The notes: generated by a model from the sequence alone, not told the origin. 64,000 bases of DNA from Tubulanus polymorphus (GCF_964204645.1 NC_134025.1:30608299-30672298), one strand, 5' to 3'; numbered from the stretch's first letter, positions 23,794 to 45,662 are shown. Program-made: numbers and translations.

Positions 23794-26700
23794 ATGGCTT
23801 CCAATAGCGACGTTCGAAAGAGGAAATCGCGAATGACCCAGAGTGCTGATTTCAAGAAGAAGAACGCTTCCAACTCGAAGAACATCAACGCAGCCAAACA
23901 GGGAGCTGCTGATCAGGGGAAAAATGAAGCAAAACCTGGATGGAATTTATTTGGAATACTGTTGAGTATTTCAGTGGGTCTCGTACTGATGACAGTTGTA
24001 TCTTACAAACACGCTGAATATATGTTCACAATACATGAAAATAATCTATGGTTCTCGAATATCAAGGTAAAAACAGTTTTCATCCATTATTCTAATCTAT
24101 AAACTGGTTTTCTTAAGTTTTGAATTTTTTTATTTTAAAACATAATGGTATTGGTTTCCATAGAAAAAGTGATTGGCTGTCTGATTTAATTAAAGAAAAA
24201 ATATACAATCATAGACTTAAAGAGTAGTGACGTTTAAACTCAATTATATGTGATATTTTCAAAACTATTAGAAAGTGACATTGAAACTCAATTCCATCAG
24301 CCATTTTCAAAACTAAGAGAGTAGTGATCTTAAGACTCAATTCTATCAGCTACTTTCAAAAACTAAGAGAGTAATGACGTTTAGACTCAATTCTATCAGC
24401 TACTTTCAAAAACTAAGAGAGTAGTGACGTTTAGACTCAATTCTATGAGACATTTTCAAAACTAAGAGTAGAGTAGTGACGTTAGACTCAATTCTATCAG
24501 CTACTTTCAAAAACTAAGAGAGTAGTGACATTTAGACTCAATTCTATGAGACATTTTCAAAACTAAGGGAGTAGTGATGGTTAGACTCAATTCTATGAGA
24601 CATTTTCAAAACTAAGAGTAGAGTAGTGACGTTTAGACTCAATTCTCTGAGTGGTCTACAGAACCATTTTTTCTCATCAATGCTGAGATTGTCTATATCT
24701 GAATTCCTTCCTCGCGCTGAGCTGAGGAGATTTTCTATTAATCATTATGTATGCATTCAATGCAATAATGTGACTACTTTTTTTTCGCATGTAACATATT
24801 GTGAACACAGTTTGATCTTATGGGTTACCCCTAGAACACTCAATATAGGTTACCCCTGGAGAACAGCGGCTAGACACATATTATTATATTATTTAGACTG
24901 ACAAGATTCTTGTTTATGAGAAATCTTGATTTGACGCAATAATTTCACTTGAAGAAGGCTGGCCGTGAATGTTCAGATATGAGCTAGTTAAAGCAGTCTC
25001 AAATATCGAATAAAGACTGTTATTAAGTTGATTCACCATCGATGAGATTAAGTAGACATATTCGCCATAGATTAGAAATAAGATTAGACTAGTCTCGATT
25101 AAATCTAAGCCTAGACCGTGGGATCGGGACCTGATTAGATGAAAATCTGGAATTGGCAGTTTTTTATCGATTAAGTAAAAGGTGTTTTTCTTTTGAATTG
25201 TGTAAAACATGAATTGATACTAATGATGATCTATTAATGATGATCTATTGAGGGATTGATGGTGATCTGAACAAATATTAAAACTATTTTCAATCTGTAA
25301 CATCTGTTTACTGGTGAATACATACACGAGATATTGTGCAGTCTGTCACACTAACTATAGACTGACTGACTGTATCACTGACTGTATCACTCACTCTCAC
25401 TCTCTGTCTCATCATGGTTTCTCCTCATCATAACAAACGACGCAAAACTTTCTCAAATTCATCGAAAAAAACGGATACAAACGATAATAAGGAAACTAGC
25501 GGTTATTCATTATTTCTGATCGGATGGAATTTTAATAATATTCTATTTTTCGTAGCCGGTGTTTTCGCCTGTGCTTACATAGCTAGATATAATTCATCCC
25601 TTATACGACAAACGCATGAAAGTCAGCTTTGGTTTTCAAACATTCAGGTAAAGTTTTTCAGGAATTTTTAATGAAATTCTTCTTTTAAGGGGCTAAAAGT
25701 TAATTAGATTTTCAGGAAGCACCTTGCAATGAACTTCTGATTGGTTGGTCTAATCAGGGAGGGAGACTGTTTGTACTTAAATGGTTATCTCTGAGTTAAA
25801 CAGTTATCTGTGTTAAATAATTATCTGTGATTTAAATGTTTATCTCTGATATCAAAAAATCATCGTATGAATTCTATGCTGATATGTATCAGTATGTTTT
25901 GAGTTGACATGTAAAATGTGCACCTGCAGTATTAAAACTGACGAACTATTATTAGTATATGTTTATACAGCTTCAAATTGCCGCAAGGTGTTTATAAAAC
26001 TGACAACTATTATCAGTATTATATGTTTCATATATTCATAATTTACACGACAGCTGAAAAGTTAGAATCATCACATTTTCACTTGCTTTTTATACCATTT
26101 TAAATTGTGACAGATCCATCAAAAGAGATGCAGTCTCTCAATTTGAGTTCTATCCCACCAGGTCTCTTGATTTGAGTCTTTCACTTTGTTTGATATGAAT
26201 TTAAATCAGTCCTATGAAAAGGAACTGGGTAATACATTGAAACCCGCTTGATTTGGATCGTTTTAGCCAATCCAAATTTCATCTATGTTATGAGAACTCC
26301 TGATTAAACATCATATTATTTTATTTAATGAACATTTATATATCTAGACCGTATATGGTTTCCTGATGAAGGTGGATTAGAGAGTGAATTAAGTGGATTA
26401 AGAGTGGATTAAGTCGATTAAACTGAGCGGATTAAGTGGATTGAACGAGTTTGACTATTAATGAACAAAACCCACAGTTGATGATTTCATAATTAGGGTT
26501 TTCTGTTTCTCTGATGATGGAAGTTTAGTCAAAACTTCATCAATTATGGGTTTCGTTTATTAATTTCAAAATACTGAGATTGATATCAGACTCATCTCCC
26601 CGTCAGAGATCTGAATCGAGTTCGACTATTACACATTATTCTCTGCGTCTGTGATTTACAGTATAATCTGCTCTTTTTCAGGAGGTCGAAAGAGAAATTT

Positions 26701-29700
26701 CATTCCGCACGGAATCGGGCCTGTATTACTCCTACTTCAAAGATATGATCAAAGCGCCGTCTATATTCACCGGTTTAAAACGTTTGATCTATAACAACGA
26801 TACGGAACACTTGAGAACGATTAATATTCTACAACGATTCAATATTTATCAAGAAGTCGTTCTCAGTATAACGCATAGAATTCTCTCATTAAAGGTAACA
26901 TCTCACATTTATTTAATACAGTCTTTAACAATTCATCTATGGGACCATTTATAAATAACATAAAGCAAATTTCTACCACAGTTTTGAGAACTGGCCAATT
27001 CTTTAAAATCATGGAATTTTCATACATGTCCAGAAATGACACTTGACCGAATTCTGTCAAGTGTCAATTCCGGAAAACAGAAATTGTGGCTGAAAATTCT
27101 GGCCAGAAATTTCCGGAATTCTGTCAAGTGTCAATTCTGAACATATCTGGGAATTTTTTATCTGTAAGATGTACTTTATGAATACATTCCCATTCGCCTT
27201 TTTAACCTGATTTTCTCTAAATTGCAGACCCAACCTATATTCTTCTACATAAACAGTGTATTTGTGTTACACGGGTGTCTTGTATCGGCTTTATTTGTCA
27301 TGGCTTGGATGTTGAGTAGTTCTTGGCTTGCTGGCGTTTTAGCATCTTTATTTTACATATTCAATAGGCAAGCAGCATTTTAATCATAATTCTCATTAAA
27401 AAATGCTTTTTCTAACCATAAGAATCAATAAATATCTTTACACAATAATTCACCACTTCCAATTATGAAATGAATGAATGATTTTATGTTGTAGAATCGA
27501 CACAACGCGAGTGGCTTACACGATTCCTCTAAGAGAAAGTTTCGCGTTACCATTCCTGTGGATACAGTTAACTCTTGTTACTTGGTTTTTCCGTCCTAAT
27601 ATGAAAAGAGAGGTAGAGTAACTAAAGTATTATCAATCACACAATTCACTCTCTTCTACTTGTCAGTTTTGAAAATGTTTGTATTTTGTAGAAGTTATGT
27701 TTATGGCTGATGGGAATTGCTATGTTTTGTTTTACGATGGCCTGGCAATTCGCACAATTCGTTCTACTTTTACAAGCATTCGCGATATTTGGAACAGCAA
27801 TTCTCGAAATCATTCCTATCAGAAAGGTAAGAACTACTAATATTTCAGCGGAAAGATTGCTGTCGAAAATGAAAATTGACGATTTCCGTAAAAGATAGTG
27901 AACAAATTTGAAATTTTTGAAAAAATGTGTGTAATGTCTAGTATAACTGACTGATTGATGTAATTTTATATTTTATAGGCTCAACGCGTGATGTTAATTC
28001 AGATGTGTTCAGTTTTACTCGTGGCTATTCTACAGTTTGGAAATCAAATGATGTTATCAGCTTTAGTTCTCAGTTTTATTCCGGCTGCATTTGTCGTTTT
28101 CTATATCAAGGTATTTTATTCGTATGAAGCCTGTTGCTCATTGACTGTGAATTCTATGTTTGAATTATGAAATGTTTTTCTCTTACGCAGGGTCCGCGAA
28201 GCTCTGGTAATTTTCTGGTGAAAATAATCAAGCTTGTAGTATATATCGTATTAGTGTTTGTTCTAACTGCTGCAATAAACGTCTCTGTGAAGGTAATGTA
28301 TTTTACTGTAGGTTTTTCATGTTATACGAGAATGAAAAGATTATTGTTTTTACTGATATTCTGTACGATGACTGCATTATACTTTAGGTTCTAATCACTC
28401 ATGAATCCGATGCTCACGTTTTCAAATTCGTTTTAAAGAAATTAGGAATGGGAGATCCACGGTACGTAGCTACTGTTACTGATAAAAATCATCACCTTAT
28501 TTTTACGGGGTCCAGTTTCATGAGGAAGTCGAAACTTAAAACGGTTAACTTTGAATTGTTAGCCACAATAAAGAAGCATCAATAGCAATTAAAACATAAA
28601 TTTTAGTTTAATTTCCTCTGGAGAAAAGGGACCCAGTTCCACAGTTGTGAGTTAAGATTGGAACTGAAATGACACAGACAGAACTGGCCTCAATTACCTG
28701 TGTAACAGTAAACTGATACTTGTTATTATATTTCAGTGATTTCGATACAAATCTATATATTTGTAACGGTGGTTTTGAATTTCTACCGTACGATACGTTT
28801 GAGAGACTGACTGGTAATCTTGTTCTACCGTTCTATATCGGCACACATTGTGTTCTGTTACTCGCGCTTGTTCATACCGTATTCAAATTCTGGTGGTACG
28901 TATGAATCTATTCTTTCAATCAACGAAAAAATTGTTCAGTAAAAAAATGATTTATTTTCGATTTTTCTGAATTCTTTTTTTTTAGCGGCGCGAACAAAGA
29001 TCCATCGAAGTTTGGATTTTTCTCACAGAGACCCGAGTTAGCTTACATTACGATACAGATTGTATTTTTCGCCGGCATGGCGATGACTACTTTACGTTTC
29101 AAATATCTGTGGACGCCGTTTATGTGCGTGTTAGGAGCGGTAGGAATCGCTGATTTTGGATTCTGGAGAAAATGGCTTCCGAAACAGTTCGATAGTTTCC
29201 ACGTCGATGCTGTCAGACACGGAGTGACAGTGATAGTTATTGCTGCTTTATATATGAATGTAAGTTTTTTTATCTTGGGCCGGTAGCTCAAAAACTGTTA
29301 AACTCTTAACAACTGTTGATCATTAAATGTATCATATTTCATTATGTTAGTGTATGCCGGCAGTAACTAAAGAGTTAGAAGATTTGAGGGAGTTTTATGA
29401 TCCAGATACAGTTCAGTTAATGGAATGGATCAAGTAAGTTTATCTGAAGTCAACTTTTCTGATATACTTTTTGAAACCGAGATCCACAATTGTGAGTGAA
29501 GATTTAATTCAAGGTTTAAAAAATCTAGTCAAGAATAGTGGAACTGGATCTTGCTGTATTTGACTCTAGACTACCTTGAGTTGAATTAGTTCATGTTTAA
29601 CCGAGATCAGTTTGAATGAGCCGCCGTATTTTGAATTGTTTTGTTTTTTCTGTAGCAAATCGACATTAAAAGGAGCAGCGTTCACTGGTAGCATGCAGTT

Positions 29701-30564
29701 ACTAGCCGGGGTCAAACTGTGCACCGGACGACCACTTACTAATCATCCTCATTATGAAGATAAAGTGCTTCGTGAACGCACGTTGGAGGTAAGATCCACG
29801 CAGATTAATATCTGTGCGTTATAGAACAATCTCAGAAATATCTTCCAATTTTTAATGCGTCTCTATTTTATTTTGCAGCTCTATCAAATGTACGCTAAAA
29901 CCGAGCCCGAAGTGATGTACGATATATTTCGTAAATATGACGTCAGTTATTTCATACTTGAAGACAGTATATGTTTAGTGAATAAAGCTGATGGATGTGG
30001 TCTTCCTTCATTACTAGATTTAGACAATGGCCTTGTACGTATATTTATTTCAGATTGCTTCATTGAATCCTGACGTGATCAGACTAGTTGCAGTCCATTT
30101 AGTTCATGAGCAAATCCCACAGTTGATGATATAACAGTTTATTCTGACAGTTTTGACTAAACTCCATCATCGGAAAAACAACATAATAATGATAAACAGT
30201 AATTTGAAATATAGATGTTACTAACTAAAGGGTTAGGGATAGAATCTAAGGGACAATGATACAAATAAACCAGACAGAATAGATTTCAAAACTTTGAAAC
30301 TGTCACAATACATTGTTAAATCATCAACTGTAGGTTTTGCTCGTTATTGTAATAAAAAAACTATGAATGAATGTTTTATTTTAGATTCCAGATGGCTTTA
30401 AACCACAGGATGTCACCGGACTAAAGAGGTCAAATGTACCGAGATTCTGTAACGAGATAAGATACGGCAAACCAGCTTACATGAAATTCTTCAAATTAGT
30501 TCTTCATAATAAAACATTCCGCGTTTATCAGGTTCTTACTGAACCAACAACGAACCACAAATAA
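23794..30564 (+). CDS. DPY19L3: DPY19-family tryptophan C-mannosyltransferase, DPY19L3-like; two alternative first coding exons (23794-24066 or 25414-25647) join the common exon at 26682
   Basis: Motifs HENNLWFSNIK|EVEREISFRTESGLYYSYFK, TINILQRFNIYQEV, NR|IDTTRVAYTIPLRESFALPF, WQFAQFVLLLQ, LREFYDPDTVQLMEWI, FTGSMQLLAGVKLCTGRPLTNHPHYED and PRFCNEI...NKTFRVY. Stop TAA at 30562-30564. Confidence 0.92.
24215..24648. repeat. ~50-bp minisatellite (aaaactaagagagtagtgacgtttagactcaattctatcagctactttc), about 8 copies; related dispersed copies near 6200-6320 and, inverted, near 43560-43630
   Basis: Visible tandem units in the intron between the two alternative DPY19L3 first exons. Confidence 0.9.
30108..30342. 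mobile_element. MITE with ~22-bp terminal inverted repeats (gagcaaatcccacagttgatga ... tcatcaactgtaggttttgctc)
   Basis: Inverted ends are visible. Related ends occur at 26463-26557, 36220-36251 and near 6179-6197. Confidence 0.65.
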
Positions 30565-31571
30565 TTCTCACTCCTTCTTTGTTCAGTATTTCTTTAATTT
30601 ATATAAAACGACTCAATTTTATGTTGACACTTTGTCCTATATTCTTTGATAGAAATTACTTTAGTAATGTTTTGTACTGTTTACAAATTGTATTCTGCCC
30701 TTGAGAAATTATTTATTTATTTATTCGTTTGTTTGTTTTTTGTTGTTGGTTTAAAGTGTATATAAATGGGAGTTGGTGTTTGTGTAATGAGACTCTGCGA
30801 ATAACTTCATTTCATTATATCTTTCCATTTCACTATATCTTTTCAAGGACAATAATTTTATTTACAGAGATCGAAATAAATGATGAAGGGGTTTGACTAG
30901 AAATCATATTGTTGTTTATTGAATGGGGTTTATTTCATTTTCATTATCGTGTGAATTTAGAAATATCGCAGCATCGACTGAATTATAAATTAGTGCCTAA
31001 TGAATGTCTTTGATTTAATGTGTAATATTCGCATGCCACAGTAGGCATTAGATTGTTGAAATTATGACCGTCATGTGCTGCCCCTATACACATCGTTAAC
31101 GGTAAATGTGAGAACTAACTATTTACTCACATGCCGCAGTAGAAATCTTGTGAGTTGAGTTAGTTCACATGTTCACCGCTTATTGAATATATAGCGGCAG
31201 CACTATACGGTCAATATGCGCCCACGAGTGGCGGGCCGGACTCGACTCACCGAGACAGAAACTATAAAAAACTGCTGCTATCTTTTTTAAACAAATTAAT
31301 AAGATGTGTCAATTGAAATCGATGTTTTTCTAATAAAAAGGTGCCTCATCCTGTCCAATCTCAAACTTTGTGAGCTTAAAGAAAAGTCCAGGTTCATATT
31401 GATAATCTTTCATCAAGCGTTTATTTCTTTCTATCGAAAATAATACATAGAATCTTCTGATATTAGAATTTAATTACATAGATTATGATAAGTTATAAAT
31501 AGCCTCACGAAACAAGCAGAAAAACAGGAGCAAAATCATCATCAGTAATGAATGGAATGAATGTTTATAAT

Positions 31572-32776
31572 CTAATTATTGTTAAGGACATGTGGAGCGA
31601 TATCGTCGCCCGGAACCGAACAAACGAACATAAAATGATTCACATCCATCTCCGCTCGATGACAATCTAAATACGTATGGGTAGAAACCTCGTATTCCCA
31701 GCCGAACGGCGTGCGTAGTTTATATTTCTGTTCGACGGCTAGGTTGTGATTAGTTTGCACGTGATTGATGATAACCTTCGTATTCGCGTGAACCGGCGTG
31801 TGTTCATATTCCATACGAAGTTTCGGGTTGAAATGAAGAACTTGAAATTGCGTTCCGAACGACGGATTAGGGACGAGAGAAACGCTGTTGTGTCGAGATT
31901 TACCCGATACTTTAGAGAACGTGAGAGCTTCGCTCGATAGATACAACCTCTCGTCGTCGTCCCCGGTGCACAGATAGAACGGTTCCCGATACGCGAGGGT
32001 CCCCGTCGTCTGACCGGTCGTGCTCGTAATTACAAACACGTTCCTCGCCGACGCCTCGGTATTTTTGGATCCGGATACGCCGCACTCGGCCGGTATCGAG
32101 CTACCCGAGTGAAGAGCGCTCGGGCTGATATTGATACTGATGACGTTATCATCTCGCGGTTCGTCCCCGGACGCGTGTTTCGTACGATCGACCGCTCCCG
32201 GATTTAAAATCATCACTCGGTCCCCGAAATGAAGATACCCATCTCGACTCACCGATAAATCTACTTTATTCAAAACTTTATCTCGTAATTTACCAGATTT
32301 CTGGATCAGAAGCTCACCTGAAATATCAACCAAAAAATCCCTTAATGCTTTGTTCATTGATTACAAGAAAAGTATTTTAGCCTTACACATTATTTGAAAA
32401 AGATATTGATACAAATTGGCCTAAATTAAGGTCAGCAGAAATTAGGGTCCAGGTCCTACCAGCAGGTCCGGTAATACGTTAGATTTAACCATTGGGGAAT
32501 GTTCAGGGTAAGGGTTAGGGTCAGGGCTACACTCTAAGTACTGAAAACTTCCATTTGTTGAAAGAAATGAAATTGTCATTGAAGAAAACGACTTTTTTAT
32601 TTTTTCATGAAATAATTCTTCTTTGGCCACTTTGCTGTTGACTGGAACTCTACAATAAATGAATTCTTACCTCTTTCTCTCTTCTCAATGAAATCTTTTA
32701 AGATATCATCTTCTAGATACAGATTTTCGCACCAGTTTGCTACTCTAACAGCTGGGTTATACGTCCTTACGCTCAT
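31572..32776 (-). CDS. CFAP161: Cilia- and flagella-associated protein 161 (microtubule inner protein); 2 exons
   Basis: Exon 32671-32776 (MSVRTYNPAVRVANWCENLYLEDDILKDFIEKRER) and exon 31572-32317 (GELLIQKSGKL...LSVSRDGYLHFGDRVMILNP...RNVFVI...RMEYEHTPVHANTKVIINHVQTNHNLAVE...TPFGWEYEVSTHTYLD) match the recalled CFAP161/C15orf26 sequence. Confidence 0.88.
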
Positions 32777-32799
32777 CTTGTCAATCGAATCACTGACTG

Positions 32800-33150
32800 T
32801 ATGAACTGTCAACCATTTGTAAACAACTCGTCGTTAGGGGTAACCCTAGACTCTATGACGTCATTGCTGGTGACCTTGTCCCGCGGTTCGAATCCCGATT
32901 AAACTCGTTTGTCATTTCATTCTATTCAATTTATCTCATAAGCATGATATAAAGAGTTTGATATGTTGTATCTGAATTGAATGTCATTGGGATAAACCGC
33001 TATAACAGATTCTAATCCCTATTAACCGGTCTATAGATGACGTCATTGGCGTATACTCGATGTCGGGTTCGAGTCCCGATTAAATCATCGTCAGCAGTCT
33101 CGCTTTCGATCTATACGCCTCGCTCTCGGTGCAACGCCATCTTGTCAAAA
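32800..33150. promoter_or_regulatory. Bidirectional promoter region for CFAP161 and RSK, with two perfect CRE palindromes, two B-box-like motifs, an RFX X-box-like site and a YY1-like site
   Basis: TGACGTCA at 32856-32863 and 33038-33045. GGTTCGAATCCC at 32885-32896 and GGTTCGAGTCCC at 33066-33077. GTTAGGGGTAAC at 32833-32844. CGCCATCTT near 33135. The two start codons are about 450 bp apart, head to head. Confidence 0.6.
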
Positions 33151-33229
33151 TTAGTGGCGATTTTTCATGTAAAAATTTCTGAATTCGGTTGAAATTCGAG
33201 AGGATTGCAGCTGAGCAACCATCAGTAAA

Positions 33230-41838
<8,609 letters not shown>

Positions 41839-42198
41839 ACGTCAAACTTTATAAAAAGGCAGCATTAAATTCATTGCTTGTGTGCTGAATGTGAATAAGC
41901 TGTGTCGATGTGTGTGAATGGTGTTGGACATTATTAAAGCATGTTGGGTTCGAGCCTCAGGGATTCATTGATCGATGTGTTATCAATGTAACGAGGTGTC
42001 AAAATAGTGAACAAAATACATAAAAAACATACAGCGTTAAAATCGATTAATCAAAACAGTTATCGGTCGGTCGATTGATATCCCGCAAATTTTTTGCTAC
42101 AGCGATGTGTTGTACGAGGAAGGGAAATGGTTCATTCGAAGGATGTTTATGACACAGATTTAAAGCCGAAGTGATCAACTCCGTTACATAGTCACTCT

Positions 42199-42328
42199 CA
42201 GTGGAACCTCGTTATCACGAACTTGCACATATTTCAGCTAGTTTAGAAGACAGATTTAATAATTTCATACTGAATATAATGGACAGATTTTCTGATCCAC
42301 TGAAGTTCGTTGTAACGAGTTTCTACTG
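42199..42328. mobile_element. pogo/Tigger-like MITE downstream of the RSK stop codon (probable 3' UTR)
   Basis: cagtggaacctcgttatcacgaac ... gttcgttgtaacgagtttctactg|ta: CAGT-type inverted ends. Confidence 0.65.
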
Positions 42329-45300
42329 TAGTCCCACGGTTTGTATTTCAAACTCTACCAATGACTGTGGAATTTACTGGGTCCTGAACTGGTTTATGTT
42401 GATATTTAATTCAGGGTATTGGGGTAATTAATGGTGCATCTGTGTGGCAACGATTTCAACTATAAAATATAAATGTTCACAGTTTGTGCTGATGTGCTAC
42501 GCTATGATGTGTGACTGAATTGACCTTCAGTTTATTTGAAGGTATCATTACGTTGAATGATTAAAAAACCATGGCCTGGTTTTATAGACTGGGTATTAAC
42601 ATTAAACCGAGGCTTGAATCCTACTGTAATACCGTATTGAGAAACAGTTAATACCCAGTGTTTAAAACTTGTCTTTGATTTCTATGAGTTATATTGTCTT
42701 ACACCATTTACATTTCGTGGGTTAGAGAATAATTTTCATGCTTTTTGTCACCATTCAGTCATTTATCATCTGTTAGAAATCATATTTATATCCTGCCGTA
42801 GACTTACCTCGAGTAGGGTCTAACTTCAGACTGATATCCGAGAAGTGGATTCCCGCTTAGTTAAACGGTTAACTCTCAGTTAATCAGCGGAGGCTTGCAA
42901 ATAGTTTACCAACACATTATCCTTTTAAAACAACATTTAGTTCAGATAAACCGCGAGCCCTAAATTCCACAGATTTCACAATTTTTAAGTACGATAGAAA
43001 TATGATTTCATTTCATGATGAATTAAATTGTAATTGAGTTGTATATTGTAAATGTATTTTCACTGTACGCGCACATTTAAGATTTATCATAGTGATTGTA
43101 GTTTATAGATAAATTTAATGGGCCAGGGGGTGACAGGGAAAGGGGAGGGATGACAGGTACTTACTGACATTAAATAGTTCTTCCCTTTCATATTTATACT
43201 TAAAAGATTCAATTATAAATTATTATTTTTGAATAGAAAAGAAAAAATTCTCACAAATTGTTGTTTACTACTGTTGTTGTATGCCCCACCTTTAAAAGAA
43301 AAAATCATGTGTAAATAATTTTGTTCGATGTTAGACATTTTTATTTGTGATCATTGGATATAGATGAACAAAATATTCATCACGGAGTGAATTGAATTAT
43401 AAGATGGAAAAAGAGGAATTCTGTTAGTCTCGGCATACTTAAATACATCATATATACAGTCACTCAGATCAGTCGTCACAATACTGAAGTCATCTCTATT
43501 TTTGAGCCACAATTGTCAATTAAATTTACGAAGCATAAGTCGTTATTTGGTAGTCATCACAACTATGACGACGTCAGTGAGTTTGACTGTAGTCTTTCTC
43601 AGTTTTGAAAATGGCTCGCAGCAATCGACATTAAAATCAATTTCATTGTTTTTCTTTCGTGGCTTCACTGTAAGAGGTATCATTACAAAAAAAACCTTTA
43701 AATTCTTTGTTTAGTTGCTGTCATTTCATGTTCAGAACTCGCATATGAAACCTAGGTCTCTGTTCAGTTGCAGTCCACGGAGAAAGGAGCAGAATTAAAG
43801 AACGTTTTGGGTCGAAACGAGAGTTATGTATTTACCGACATAATCTCGTCATAATATGTGATATATATAAGCCACATTATTAACGAATACATATTCTGTA
43901 AATATTATGTTTAAAACGTTGAAAAGTGCAAAAAAAACGATGAAATTATGTAGATAGAATTATCGATTTCCTCCAGTGTTGGATCTACAAATAATATGAA
44001 ATATTTAATGAAACATATAATGGAAGTTGAAGTATTCTGTTATCTGCACTGCTTCGTTCTACAGTGAAAAAAATGCAAAGTTTGTATCTTTTTCTAGACA
44101 TCTTCTGGCGCATATTTATTGTTATATCTATTTGTATACATTTCTACGGTAAACATACAATTATTACAAAACGGATTAACATCTAGATATCACATCATGG
44201 TTCAGTTTCATGAAAAAGTTTAAGCCAATAACAGGAATTATCGGTGGTAGTCAATAGCGACCAAACCGTGGATTTGAGGTTAAATTTTTCGTGAAACTGG
44301 ATCCGGACTCATTACGTGTAAATATTATATCCATACGTTTTATAATTCGAGGGGAAAAATTTACGAGACTATTTGAAAAATTAGAAGAAAAAAATCATCT
44401 TAAGGTCAAGAAATTTGAATTGGCGATGCTTTTTAGATGATATGAAAAAATGCAATGTTGAAATGTATCTCGATGTGCTGCTATATTTCTCCTAATGGTA
44501 ATAAGGTGTATCTATGAATTGCCTCAAATTCTCGAGTCTTTATCGCTAATTCTAAGGCCACCTTCATGCGAGGAGTGGTCGACCTATTTTATTTACGTGC
44601 CAAATTTATTGGGCATCTTCTTTAAAGAAAAGTATTTCAACATGGGTTTCATTGTTGACTTAATGAACAAATTTATAATAATGTACATGAGATCTAGGAG
44701 TAGTGCTCTAGGCAGAGCTGGGTTTGCAATGAACGACGCCCGTTGTCCTCACTCTTCTACCAGTTATACGTAGTAAAGGTTTTGTTATCGTTGAAATATG
44801 ACAATAGGAAATAAGTAAAATTAAACACATACAACTGTGGAACTAAATCAAAAGTCAAATCAAACCCACACAACTGTCGAACTGGTTCCAGAGTCAAATG
44901 AAATTCACACAATTGCCAAATTGGGCTCAGAGTAAAAATTGTTACAGAATTTAAACAGTTTACTCAGTTGTACATGTTAATACATGGGAGATTTAGTATA
45001 GAATGGTTTTATGAAGGGTAGAGAGAGAACACTGACACTCGGTCCTGTATCACGTAGATGATTAGTTTTCTTATTTCACCACAAATACTGCTGGTAGTTT
45101 CAACTATAATTTTATTTATTACTAACTAACCAGATAGATATTATTGTACGTGATTTTGGGGATGCGATGATTATATTTTTCTGCACCAATCTCTCTATTT
45201 CTCTCTCTTGTTAAATCTATGTGTTTAAGATGGCTGTCTCTCTCTGTCTCTCTGTGTCATTGTTCTCTGAACTGTAGTAATTCGATTCAAATTGTGTATC

Positions 45301-45486
45301 ATTTGTCATCATTATTATTATTATTATTATTAAACAGTCGTCAAATTGAAGATGAATAAAAGTCAAGTATAGAATATATGTTATTTTTGTAAGCAGAAAT
45401 ATTAAAAATACATTTAAATACTAACGAAGATATATTTATATTTCGTTACTTGTTGATTTGTTTTTAGGTTCCATTAATCTGATATT

Positions 45487-45662
45487 GGGTCATTCATTTA
45501 TTACGTACGCATTAGGGGAGGGGGCAGGGGGAGGGGGAGGGGTCAGTGCAGTTGCGTACTGTAATGCTTAATGTATATGAAAAAATGGCTGATTTTGCGT
45601 ACAGAGGGGGAGGGGGGTTGAAAAAGTCAAATTTCATGCGTACGTAATAAATGAATGATCCC
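45487..45662. mobile_element. MITE, ~176 bp, with ~25-bp TIRs and a G-run-rich interior
   Basis: gggtcattcatttattacgtacgca ... tgcgtacgtaataaatgaatgatccc. Confidence 0.8.

Noticed and set aside
32885-33077. tRNA genes at the two GGTTCGANTCCC motifs
   Set aside because: There is no upstream A-box or cloverleaf; a CRE occupies that region instead.
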